From: Octopus vulgaris
Lineage: Eukaryota
Reading direction: 5' to 3'
Assembly: GCA_951406725.2 (NCBI GenBank)
Contig: OX597826.1
Location: 17,174,001-17,238,000 of the forward strand
DNA: 64,000 bases
Part shown: one piece after another, positions 1 through 12,835 of the stretch
How the letters are laid out: the number at the start of each line of letters is the position of its first letter
Position numbering within the stretch: position 1 is the stretch's first letter
The notes under the pieces: model-generated
The model's database searches: none
The model's input: the letters and a program-made list of their open reading frames with translations, nothing else
What the model was told of the DNA's origin: nothing
Made by a program: the position numbers and the translations under genes

Positions 1-124
1 GGAGCATACCAAGAGAATATAAAGCTATTTATTCATTTATGATGTATATAACGCGTGTAAAGACATTATGAATAAGTAATTTAACACTATATAATCTAAA
101 CATATATCTTTTGTATATGTGTGA

Positions 125-169
<45 letters not shown>

Positions 170-1638
170 TGTGTGCGCGCGTGTGGGTGTGTGTGTGTGT
201 GTGTGTGTATGTGTGTGTGTGTGTGTTTTGGCATGCGTTTTTGTATGTAAATTTTTTACTATTACAGATATATTATTAGATTCTTCTATTACTTTCAGTT
301 TCGAGCACCGATTCTACTGAACACCTGCTACTCTTCTGGCTCCTAACTATTTTTTGTTTTAGTGTTATATTTTGAACAACACCTCTAATAATTGCAACAT
401 AAATTTTAGCATACCATATAACATATGTATCTCAGATTGTCAAAACATTGACTATGAATCAACGATTGATATATATACTGGTAATAAAGAGAAGCACGGT
501 AATTTTGTTTCAGTTTTCCGGTATAAAATACTTTCTTCCATTTATTATTTATATGCGATATTGAGTTCTACTTTCAGTCTATTTTGTTAGAACAACAAGT
601 ATCAATTTAGATGTGTACACCACTTTGAATTATTTAATCAGAAAACAATAATGTAAAACATAATCAGAAGTTTTTTTAGATACATCGGAGATCTCATGTT
701 GATTTAGAAAATGGTTGCAAGACCTCAGACACACGGGGTGAGAAAATAAGATATTATGATATTCATGCTTTTTAATAAATTGTTAGTCGTAATCAAAACG
801 AAATGCCTAAATCGGCAAAACCAGAGATAGGTTACGTGCTTGTATTGTCGTGAGCTTATTATAAATATTGCTGCAGATATCCAAATAATAAATATTAAAA
901 TAAAGAATATAGAGAATGTATTGAGTGATAGAATGAACACATGAAACATCTGCTTTGACTCAAAGAGATCTTGAATTACAATAAAGGATGTAAGTTAAAG
1001 CTTCATATTTCTCTACAGTAAAAACATGCAAGAGAGTAACAGAAAGAGTTAATTCTATGTCCACTGTATTCAACCTTTTCAGAACAACTTCATTAATTCA
1101 TGCAGTTTTCATAAGTCTGAAATAGAGAGACTGGCAATCCCTTTTATCATCAATATATGATATTGAAAGCAAGAAGCAATAGTTTGAAAAACAATCGATG
1201 AATTGATTGCGTAATAAAATGATATAAGGGAACACGAACTAGACTGGATTTCTTTTGTTCTTGCCTAGAGAATACGAATTAGCAATGTTAGCTAAGCAAG
1301 AAGTGATCAGATGATCAGTTCCTCCCTAACTCGGTCAGTAAACTCGATGTATCTTTTGATAAATAATATTTCTGACATAGAGCAGAGACCAAAAAATTGG
1401 GTGGTTAGAACAGACTATCACACTGGTCTCTGTATCTTTAAAGGTAGCATCTATGCTTCTTTCTGAGTGTTCCGTAACTTCAATGCGGAAGTTCTGCGTA
1501 GACTAGGCATATGGCTCAAAAATATGCTATGGGGGTGGACTGCGCTAAAGGTATGAAGAGCTGGTGTGTAATGTTAAACCAGGGTGCGGATTGTTTATTC
1601 TTCCAGTTCAAGGAATCTCTCTTTCTTTCTCTCTCTTC

Positions 1639-1673
<35 letters not shown>

Positions 1674-2178
1674 ATTCTCTTCTGTCTACTATATTTTGCA
1701 GGCGATGTTTTGAAAATGTAAGAAATCACTTGTTCGAGATTCTGTATAGTGTTATGAAAGTTTCAAACATGTAACTGCAAAACGAATTTCATAATTGCAC
1801 ATCCATGTATGCACCCAATTGACTGATACTAGATGACCGGACCATTTAGAATAGTTTTCTTCTTCAGGGACACAGAAATATTCAATGGTGATAAATTGTT
1901 AAAATGTCTCCATTAGTAATCCTTTTTCTTCAATGCGTTCTTCTAATAAATCCTTAAATCTCTTCCATCATTATTTCAAACGAGTATAAATCTCTGTCTA
2001 CTGCCATGATACATTTGTTACTGCTTAACTTTTGACATGTTTGAATTGATCTATAATCAATAAAATTCAATTTTTGGTCATCCTGTCTTCTTATTTTTCC
2101 ATCTTTCTCTTTCAGTCATACTGTACTCCAAACAAATTTACCCAATGTTCCCTTATTTAAGACAGTAGTAGAGTTCTA

Positions 2179-2480
2179 TATTTAAGAGATGAGGAATTAT
2201 GTACATTATTTACATTATTTAGATTATTTACATTCGACAGGTATTTGTCCTCATCTTGTTTGTTTTTAACACAACGTTTCGGCTGATATACCTTCCAGCC
2301 TTCTTCAGGTGTCTTAGGGAAAGTTCGAACCTGGGTTCCCGTTCCTAAGGTATTTTTCGATGTTATTATTATTATTATTGTTATTGTTGTTGTTGTTGTT
2401 GTTGTTATTGTTCAGGTCACTGTTTGGCATCGAACTCGGAATCTTGGAGTTAGTAGCCTGTGGTTAAGCGCGGGCTACTT
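2179..2480 (-). mobile_element. tRNA-headed SINE-like element with internal (AAC/AAT)n spacer and a hammerhead motif
   Basis: Minus strand reads ggctactaactccaagattccGAGTTCGATgcc (B-box-like), then a microsatellite, a second GGTTCGAAC, then the HHR core. The A-box part (tggttaagcgcgggctact) is inverted at 2461-2479. Confidence 0.6.
2268..2313 (-). ncRNA. Minimal type I hammerhead ribozyme motif
   Basis: GACAC-CUGAAGA-A-GGCUG(gaagguauau)CAGCC-GAAAC-GUU^-GUGUU. Stem I GACAC/GUGUU, 5-bp stem II, loopless palindromic stem III (AACGUU). Confidence 0.75.
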
Positions 2481-3069
2481 CATCTATGCTCCTCTTCATC
2501 TATGCACGTTGGCAGAATGTTGTAGTCACAACAAAACACCCGTAATGTTGTTTATGTGTATGTATGCATGCATGTTTTTATACATCTGATTTAAATAACA
2601 CTTTTATAAATCCTTTTAGATTAACTTTGATAAGAGAAATATAGTTGGTTGTTATGGTTGTAACTCGCCCATACCAACAGATAAATTCTCGAAACGGCCA
2701 TCATACTCTGCACCCGCTGAAGATTCTTTTTAAAATCATTTTAAATCAACAATTCTCTTCTATTTGGATTCACCATGTAGATATTTTAATGTCCTCATTG
2801 ATTTTAATACGGACATACAATCTCGCAAATACATTTATGTATTTATATATTTATATATTTATATATTTTTATATTATATCATGTATATATGAATGCACCT
2901 ATGTATGCAGTGGAGTATTCCGATGCTTTGAAATATACTGAATGAATACGAACACTGACCTTTAAAATTAGTTCTCTCTTTCTTGACTTTATATTACTGA
3001 TGCTCTATTAGAGCGCTAATTAGTTGTGCTGTATAAGGGGATAATTATTCCATTTGTTTCTTCATTAAA

Positions 3070-3152
3070 TATATAGATAGATATGTATATATATGCATGT
3101 ATATATATGTATATATATATATATATATATGTCTGTATATATATGTATAAAT

Positions 3153-3201
<49 letters not shown>

Positions 3202-3273
3202 TACATATTTGTCAGATTTATATACTTAAATACATATATTTGTTTATATGTATGTATATGTGTGTATATATGT

Positions 3274-3304
<31 letters not shown>

Positions 3305-3310
3305 AATATA

Positions 3311-3392
<82 letters not shown>
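3070..3392. repeat. (TA)n microsatellite, representative of many (e.g. 4981-5290, 10205-10435, 24550-24663, 32286-32546, 43875-43957, 52915-53000, 63300-63490)
   Basis: Direct inspection. Confidence 0.98.
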
Positions 3393-3395
<3 letters not shown>

Positions 3396-4689
3396 GCACA
3401 AGCATTGTCACTTATATTGAAGGCGTAAGCGAATATGTCATTAGATAGAAGATTGAGTTGAAGTTATTTACAAGGTTATCTACAGCTGCTACAAGCATTG
3501 CCTTCCAAGTAAATAAGGGAAAGACGTTTTACCTGAGGCGACAGAAAAAGACTCCTATGCTAAGCACAAAGATGATCAAATAACATACCCATGTGCAGCG
3601 TCTGTTATAGTGTACATCATATGTATTGGTGGCACATACTGCTGGTAGAAGTATGAGAACCTATTTCCTACTTCGTCGGATGTAACAGGCTGGTTGGAAA
3701 ACAAAACGAAAAGAAAACAAAAATAAAACAAACACTATATATTGCTCACGCAATATTTCATTGCTGAGGTCCGTAGTCTAATTTGTGACACTTGTAAAAC
3801 AGATATAAGAATCAGGCGATGAAATATATAACAAGAATTGACCATGCAGAATTAGCTGAGAGGAAATGTGAGAAAGGATGAGTTTAAAAAGAATGCCAAA
3901 ATGCAATCGCTTTTCTCTCCGTACGTATACAAATTTTGAGATGCGCAAGTTAAAATAACTTACATAAAAATCACACAAGAATAAATCATGTTATGATACT
4001 ATGCAAATCACTTTCAAATACTGTGTATTTCACTTTAAAATAGTGTGGATACACAGAATTAATGCAGAGAGAGTTTCTCATGTGCTGAAATATAAGGTTG
4101 TGAGCGTTGGAATCATTTAGAATGACACTGTTCATTGTTATCATAAAAATTCCGAAGAAACACCTTCAAGCGATATATATTAGATGAAGTATAGAAAACA
4201 ATACAATAAGGAAGGCAGTGAGTATAAAAAGCTGGTGTTGATATGATGTATTTATGATTTATAAATGTATTTCAGCCCCTATTGGTTTATATAGGAAAGT
4301 AATAACCAAAGAAACATCGTGACGGTAAAAGCCACCAGGGATTGTAGGAAAATGTAGACGAGGTTGTTGAAGGATGTACTATCCCACTTGGTCTGTGACC
4401 TGGGCTGAGTCAGAGGAACCTATGGTTATGACAAGGAAATCATTATTAGAGGTACGATACAATAATATGTTATAAAAATCTATGAGACTTTCTAGCAGCT
4501 TTAATATTTATTTCTAGAGGAGCATTTTAGTGAGCTTTCTAGCAAAGATGAGGGTTATATTTAAGAGGAAAGGACTGATGAAAGCAAGGTAATTATAGAT
4601 ATCAAATTGGCGGAATGATGAGAAAGTTCTTATTTTGGGGAAGAAGAAACCAGTGGATAATCTCAAGTGTATCAAAGCTAAGAACACGT

Positions 4690-4981
4690 CAGCACATGGC
4701 CTAGTTGTTAGGGATCGTGTTAGAGATCGTGGTTTCAATTCGTAGACCGAATGGTGAATTCTGTTCTTGAGCAAAACACTTCGTCTCACGATGCTCTGCG
4801 ATCACTTAAACACTTGAAACGTGGTACACTGTGTGCACCTTTTCGGACAACGTCAATTTGATGGTGGGGCTGAGCTAATGTAGAGTGCATATATTCAATC
4901 ACTATAAACAAATCCTTTGTGCACGTCGTTCGACAACAGCTGAACACTCATATATTGTCTTCAACGGGAGAATCTATCACA
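4690..4981 (+). mobile_element. Degenerate tRNA-derived SINE ending in (TA)n
   Basis: A-box-like tggcctagttgttagg, B-box-like ggtttcaattc, then the gttcttgagcaaaacactt motif shared with the SINE at 23571-23894. Confidence 0.65.
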
Positions 4982-5113
4982 TATATATATATATATATAT
5001 AGATATATATATTAAATATATTATATATATACATATACACATATATATATTATATAAATATGCATATATATATATATATTATATATTATATACATATATA
5101 CATATATATATAC

Positions 5114-5176
<63 letters not shown>

Positions 5177-5248
5177 GTATATAATATATAATATATATAT
5201 ATATACATATTTATATAATATATATATATGTGTATATGTATGTATATA

Positions 5249-5290
<42 letters not shown>

Positions 5291-5294
<4 letters not shown>

Positions 5295-5340
5295 ATAGAT
5301 TCTCCTGTTGAAGACAAGATATGAGTGTTCTGCTGTTGTC
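5291..5340 (-). repeat. Inverted 50-bp copy of the SINE 3' end at 4932-4981
   Basis: Reverse complement matches 4932-4981 with 3 mismatches. The two copies flank a (TA)n tract. Confidence 0.85.
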
Positions 5341-6210
5341 TGCTGTTGACAAATTCTTCTGGTTTGTAAAAGTAATCCATGTTTAAGGAAAAATATAAGA
5401 TATCTGTGTACAGTGAGTCCTCAGCTATAATTTGGAAATTTAGATTACATAGCCATACTCCTTCATTTAAGTTAAGTAGGTTCTACGAACCTTAGTAAAC
5501 GCATTTGGTGTTTGAAAGACAAAAGCATTAACTACGTTGTAAAGGGTAATCTTTCTAATTTTCTTTAGTATACATAGGTTTAATTTTTTATTCTTTTGTT
5601 ATCTACTGAAGTTATAACATACTTAACTGGTTTTTCTTAGAATATTATATTTATTTTTAACCTTTTTGTATGTGTTCATGTGTTATAGATATTATTTCAG
5701 TTTGTTTTGAATTTCACCCGTTTTGGGTTACATTGATAATATTTTGGTAGCATAAATTTTCGGATATATTGGTTTGATTCGTATTTTGTATCTTTTGTCT
5801 ATGTCTAAATATAACAGCACAAACGAAATATTCGTCGATAATGTATGTTGTAATCATCAATTAAACATGTGATTTTCTCCACCCTTGTTCATGTTGATGT
5901 ATATATATAAGTTAAAATATATGTGTATTAAACATATAGCCATTTAGATCTATTTACAAACATATATATGCGTCTAGGAATTTAAGTATCTAAATGTGTA
6001 CATGTATCTTTCAGACTGCTCTCATGTATGCATAATGTATATTTTCAATTATATCTATACATAAATATATTTATCAATACATAACAACACCTGAGTCGAG
6101 TATTGGGAGTGAAGTAGAGAGAAGATGAGGAATTAGAAGAAAGCAGTAATGATTAGAGGGGGATACAATCTGCATAGCAATAGGATACCATTCTTTTAAA
6201 ACGACATTAC

Positions 6211-6315
6211 CGAGCCATTGTGCATACCACCAAGAATGATAAGTTGGAGAAACTCTTCTTTGCGAACTTGGTTTTGTTGAAAAGATAGATGACCCGTACA
6301 ACCATCTTTGTGAAT
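6211..6315 (-). CDS. 105-nt coding exon of the iGluR-like gene (end of ATD)
   Basis: Acceptor ttttctattttcag| and donor TCG|gtaatg. Phase 0/0. Encodes IHKDGCTGHLSFQQNQVRKEEFLQLIILGGMHNGS, the 'G.TG.+.F...G.R....L.++.L' motif of LIVBP/ANF-receptor-type ATDs. Confidence 0.8.
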
Positions 6316-8719
6316 CTGAAAATAGAAAATAAAGTGAAACGTAATAATATCTAACTTTTGCACCACAATGCTAACTGGTTATTTTTACTTTATTTTTTCG
6401 TTTATTGACTTATTCTTGAAACTAAAATCGTTATAATTAGGGAAGACTGAAGATTGGAGTCAGTACTTCAAAGCCTGTGATTTTAATCCTCGGAATTCTG
6501 GCAGATGTTTCAAATATATTTTTTTTAATATTTTAAGTAATTCTTTTGATGTAGTTCTCTTGCATATTTATTACGATATTGCTGGCTACTATTTGACATA
6601 GAATTTACAACAGTAGAAACAAATAGCTTCAATGACAAAAATACTTTTGAATTACCTGATATGATTATTATTATTTTGCTTATTTTTTGCAGTTAACGCT
6701 GTTGTTTTATTAAAAAATTAGCTTTATTCTCTTTAAATAGCTTTTCTACATGTCTTAATTTAAAACAACCATATTAGAATTATTAAACAAAACAACATTG
6801 CTGGCAGCAACAGACTATATGGCAGCAAAGGAAGTCGAGTATCATAGTCCACGCTACCTACGGCAATATGAGCCACGTCAGGATAAAATATAATATATCC
6901 CATGTCAATCACATAAATGCATAAACATTCATTTATAGCTATTCGATTATTTCGCACAACTTTTGCTCTGCAGTAGCCATTGAAATATATGTTCAAATGT
7001 ATTTACCAGTATAATATTTTTATTTCCTGGAATGCAAAACACAACAAATTGTCACATATATTCCAAATATTCCCAAAAATGGGCTATAACATTTCCTCTT
7101 CATTTAACATATTTAGAACCTTCCTGGGGTGTGACTATTCGTCATCATTCATATACAATAAATCAACGAAATATTATTCATTGATTATTAATCCTTCATT
7201 GTTCACCATACATCTAGCTGTGTTTATATTTTAACGCAGAGAAAATCACCGTTTCAAGAAATGCAGTAAATAATATGCTTTCCTGGTGAGGTTACAATAT
7301 GACCGAAACGTGTTTGGAAATAGCGTGTTCTTGTTCTTAAGCTATATGAAAAGTCTTTCTGTATATATGTGCGTGCATGTGTGTATGCATGTGTACGTGT
7401 GTGTATATGAACGTTTTCATAAATATATGTATATTCATAAGTTTCCTTCGTATGTGTATGGGGTGATTATAAATAAGAGATATTCTTATGCAAACACTCA
7501 ATCAATTATATATATGCATATAGAATCAGACAGCTTCGTAGTTCGATAAAGAGAGAGAAAGTAAGAGAGAACGAGAGATTCAGTAAATGTACAGAGCGCA
7601 TTGTTTAGAAAACATCTATTTTTGTATATAGTTCTTCGACATGTGTTTTAAATACATCTACGCTTGTTTTTAATATATATGTTTTTAATATATATGTTTC
7701 ATTCTGTGCGTTCTTATTGCCATGTATATGACTATAGACGAGTGTGTTTGCTTCTAGCAGTTCATATAACAACAATATAGTAATATATTACTTGAATACT
7801 AAAGGAACCATTGTATTAGCATGATTTACATACGCAGCAATCACTAGTGACAGACGATGTTCAAAAATGCTTATCTTAAATTTGATAACGCTTATTGTTC
7901 CTTCAGGGATTTCATAGATGTGGACTCACAAAACCTTACCACAAACTTATCTGCAAAGCGAGGTAATTTGTTATTTATATGTTGGCTAATTCAGAATTTG
8001 GAAAATATATGTCAGCTAATTCGAAATAATCGCTGAAAAATTAATATTGATTTTACCATTACATAAAATTACGTCTAGTTTGCAAAGTAGATCAAACAGT
8101 CATAGAACTTATAAAAGAAATGTACGTTTGAAATACGGATGTTGTATTCTGAACACATTATGGCTTAACCATTTCTGTGGTTTGTAATGGATGAGAACAG
8201 AGGAAAGATGAGACCTATACATTTCAAACACTGAGATCATAACGAAGATCGATAAACTTAGTGATGCTTTTAAATTGGTTTTTCTGTACCTGTGTTGGTG
8301 TAAATGTCTAAAGAGAAATAACAGATATGAGATGTAATATGATGAAAGAAATCTCCGAGTGATTCATTAATAACTCAATCAGTTTTTTGCTTACCTTTCT
8401 CATGTGAAGAATAGTTTCACAGGAAAAATATAAAGCTTCTCGTATATATAGAATCAAGGAAGTCTTAAAACAAAAAGGTTTTAGGTGAAGTGAAGCAATC
8501 TGAGTTTTTAATCTGGCTTGTGGTTAAAAAGAGCGCTTTGCAACAATGTGGTTTCAGGTTCGTTACTATTCAATCCCTTGGACAATATCTTTTACAATAG
8601 CCCCGAGACAAAAACTGTGTGGAAACCCGATATGTGTGTGTGTGCGTGTGTGTGTGTGCGCGTGTGTGTGTGCGCGCGTGTGTGCATGTATATACATGTG
8701 GGTATGTATATGCATGTAT

Positions 8720-8885
8720 TTTTTGTGCTTATAACAACCTCGTTTGACAACAAGCGTTGGTTTGTTCATGTCCTCGTAACGACCAAACTTAAAAACATAA
8801 ATACTGGGATCGATTTGTTCGACATAAACTCTTCAAGGTAGTGCCCCAGGATAGACACGGTTCGATGGCAGAAACAAGTAAAAGA
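8720..8885 (+). mobile_element. Degenerate 3' fragment of SINE family A
   Basis: Ends gtgccccaggatagacacggttcgatggcagaaacaagtaaaaga, similar to the tail of 26825-27225. Confidence 0.6.
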
Positions 8886-10203
8886 TATATAATATCATAA
8901 TTTGTATTTCTCTTTTTTATTTTAGTCCTCTGGTGTATCCATGGCTGATATCTGACTCTCAAAATTTTAATGTTTTGTAGTAAATATGCACCAGAATTTT
9001 CAATTGCTTTAATAAATTTTAGATGTCTGAGTGAATTGATTAATGCATCATTATCTCACAATACTCATTTTAACATTTTCAGCTGTGCACAGAATATTTT
9101 GCATGGTTAATGCGTAGTATCCAAACTACTAGGTTTTCTGACTAGTATCCTCTTATCCAGATATCCTCAAAATTGATATTTTAATGTTTTACGAAGATGC
9201 GCCTTGAGGACAAAATTATAGACACAGGAAACACAGACGGTACACCAACTTATGGAGTAACCAGGCTATTCACATTAGAGGAAGTAGATCAGACATAGAT
9301 TTGAAAATTGGTCAGATTGTGTGATGCTTACATCTGTAACAGTATTTAGTCCTCAAGATTAAATCTATGTACTGTTTAAAATAGAGAACTTTTAATTAAT
9401 TTCCTAATTTTCCCCATGTTCACATAGCACAACTTCAAATAATTTAATTCTGGTTACTTTTACAAAAAGAATTCGATTGCATTTCTTCTAATTTGTAGCC
9501 TATTATATCTGGCAAATGAAAAGCATATACTTTGATGCATCTTCCTTAGATAATAGAAATACTTTAAACAATTTGACATTTAAAATGTCATGCAGCGGCC
9601 TTTTGAGTTCCTATAGTCGAGGTTGTCACTTAATAACAAAATAATAAAGTTTTAGTTCAAGACGAAAATGTAGAAGAAAGACAAAGAAAAAGCAGAGAGA
9701 GATAACGAAGAGGAGAACTAAGACAATATATCGGAAAAATAAGAGTAGGAAGTTGTTTTTTTTTTTCCATCAGAATAATTTCGATTTTCAGGTAAAGTAT
9801 ATTTAATTGTCTGAAACATGCGAATACTATCGGCAACAGCGACGCCAAACCGAACTGGCACCTCGAATGATTAGCTCATTATTGTCTGTGAGAGTTTCTA
9901 TTTGTCTGCAAGTGTTTTGTGCAGTGAGTCGTTACACTTGTTGATATTACAAGAATGCTTGGCTACATAAGAAAGTTTGTTACGATGACAATCAACACAG
10001 CCAACTACATCCAGTTGTCGGGTAGTAATAAACTTGTTACAGATAATCATAAAAACGAATGCAAATTATTTGTCACGAAATGACCTTCAAACCAGCACTT
10101 CGGAGACAAAATGGTTGAAATTGCGGAAGGACAACTTGAATAATTTTATTAATTCATGTGCTAGTGTGTGCACTAACATACGAATATTGGTATATATACA
10201 TAC

Positions 10204-10256
<53 letters not shown>

Positions 10257-10267
10257 AGAGAGAGAGG

Positions 10268-10301
<34 letters not shown>

Positions 10302-10384
10302 CAGACAACAGACAAACAGACAGGCGGACAGACTGAAAGATAGATAGATAGATGTAGACATATATACATACATATAATATATGC

Positions 10385-10436
<52 letters not shown>

Positions 10437-11604
10437 GTGAATGTATGTATGTATGTGTATATGTGTATACGTATATTTATGTATCTATGTACTCATGTCG
10501 CAATAGTTTTGAAGTTTATTATGGCAAAGCTAAAAAGAATGTATGTTTATCAATCATCGCCTCAAATAAAATACGCAATTCTTTGCAGCAATTCGACTAG
10601 CGAAGTTAGAGGAATTATTTTCACAAGATTAGGCCTAAGAATCCTTAAATTAGTTTCCACTATGATTCGAAACAACCCAAAACTGGAGCTTTTTGCATTT
10701 GGTCAAGCATCTCAGTATTTTGGCAAACTTTTAAAACCTCCAACCTCAAGGCTTTTATAAGATCCACTTGTAGTCGATGGAGATTTCTACATCATACTGG
10801 CGGGTTTGTGCCTGAAGTGCTGCATTTATATTATATTCGTAAAAGATATTAAAATTTGTGATTTAAATGGATAGAACATATCCTAAAATTAGACAAAAGA
10901 CTAGAAGTATAGGAAAATGCAAGACGTTTATTACAAATAAAAGTGATAAAGAATAGTTTACCCAAACCCAGCGGGTTGAATTACCCTTGCAGCTAAATCT
11001 GAGATTGCATTAGTCAGCAAGAAAATTTTAAGTAACTCCATAACAACATTAGAAACTTTACAAACAGCGAAATGATGGTAACAGACATTATTTGGTTTCA
11101 AAAATATTACCAATAAACGTGACTCTGTCGAATTTTGCCCTTCCATCTCTAAATATTTATAATGATATAAACTTATACTGTTATAGAAGAATAACATTTA
11201 GATTATCATGAATGTAACCAAAACTATTTTTACCCCAGGTAAGCAAATGACTTACTCTATATACGATTATATACTCTATATACGATTTATCAATTATGAA
11301 CAGAATGGTTTTGATGGCAATTGACTTTAAATTTAACAAAACAGGGGACAGATATTTTATGAATATTTAAGTACAGATTGGAAATCATTCTGCTGATGCT
11401 ACTGATTAAGCCTTTTTAAAAATAAATGATGCATGGAAGGAGGAGTTTTCTACAAGGTTTACTGAGGAACTTATGTCAGTGATTGCATTTAGTTTAACAT
11501 GGAAGATCACCCATAAGTGTGTGCCTTTATTTTTAGGCTGTAAACATTAAAAGTTCTGTAAAACTTGTCCAAATGTACGTAACTTGTGCATGAGTGTCTT
11601 GTGG

Positions 11605-11806
11605 CATGTTGAATTATAGCCGACCCATCAGCTTTATGCAGATGGAAGTGTTTTGAGGTTAAACCATTAACACATCTAAAATATAACCCTTCGCAACTTA
11701 ACGTATGAGATAAGTTGCGTAGGGTTATATTTTAGATGTGTTAAGCGTTTAACCTCAATACATTTCCATATGCATAAAGCTGATGGGTCGGCTGTAATTC
11801 AACATG
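11605..11806. repeat. Near-perfect 96-bp-arm palindrome (foldback/MITE-like)
   Basis: Arms 11605-11700 and 11711-11806, 7 mismatches counted by eye, 10-nt loop. Confidence 0.95.
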
Positions 11807-11829
11807 AAAATGACGTATGGCTCACGGCG

Positions 11830-12833
11830 GCGCTGGAGAGAATCGAGTTTCAATACTTTAAGGCGGTCCCAATAATCGAGATCAACCATGCCCTTAATTA
11901 TTTTAGTGAATGTTCTCTGGGGTTATTCAGTTTTCGAAATGTTTTGCTTTGTATGTGGATACCACAGGGGGCAGAAGTATTCGAGGTGTGGCCGTACAAA
12001 GGAGGAGAAAATACGAATGATGACACCTTGTCTCTGGACCGAAAAGTTCTTAGGATCCAGGAGCTTTTCCTACGGGCTATATCGACTTTATGTGGGCATT
12101 GCGGCAGAAATTGTTGTCATCAATTACTCCTAGGTCTCTTATATTATTAGATGTTGTGAGTGGTTCCTCTGAAGGAAGAGAGTGTGGCTGTTTTAGCATA
12201 GTTTTTTTCTTGCGAAATGCATTAGCCCAAATTTTCCCACGTTTAATTGCATTTTGTTTTTGCCTGCCCATTGACTCACAGCATGTAGATCAGATTGGAG
12301 TTCAGTTCGGTCTTCTCCATTGATAATTTCCTGGAGTTTGGAGTCAACAGTGAATATTTTCACTTTGCTGTATTTTATGACGCTGGAAAGGTCTTTTATA
12401 TAGACTGTAAAAGAAGCGGGCCGAAAACAGTTCCCTGAGGTACACCAGTGGTGAATATTGTTGGGCTTGAATGTATTCTACCGATCACAACATGTTGTGT
12501 TGTGTTCTCCAGGAAATACTCAATCCAGTGTAGTATTTCTTCAACGGATTCCAGCATTTGACAATTTTAACAGTAGGATTTTGTGGTTAACTCTGTCGAA
12601 CCCTTTAATGAAGTCAATATATATGACTTCAGATTTCGAACTTAATCGCAAGGCTTTAAGGACATCATCGATGTGGTGTAAGAGCTGTGTTAGACAGTCC
12701 CTGCCGCAGTCAAAGCCATGCTGGTTTGTATTTGGGGGATTGTGGCTCTCCACGAACCCAGCTATCCTTCATCTCACCACCCTTTAACGATATGGGAGGT
12801 GAGTGAGATTGGGCGATAGTTGACTGCGGGATA
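11830..12833 (-). mobile_element. CR1/Jockey-group LINE reverse transcriptase fragment (pseudogenised)
   Basis: Minus-strand peptides NYRPISLTSH, QHGF..GRDCLTQLLHH, YIDF.KGFDRVNH..LL.KL, GVPQGTVFGPLL and RPHLEY...W.P, with frameshifts. Confidence 0.9.
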
Positions 12834-12835
12834 TC

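Noticed and set aside
3589-3689. Possible minus-strand exon PVTSDEVGNRFSYFYQQYV... with a good polypyrimidine tract
   Set aside because: No resemblance to the expected ATD-S1 linker; cannot be supported without RNA data.
6074-6301. 75-aa ORF MYGSSIFSTK... from the ORF track
   Set aside because: Wrong frame. The splice-phase-compatible frame gives the ATD motif GCTGHLSF.
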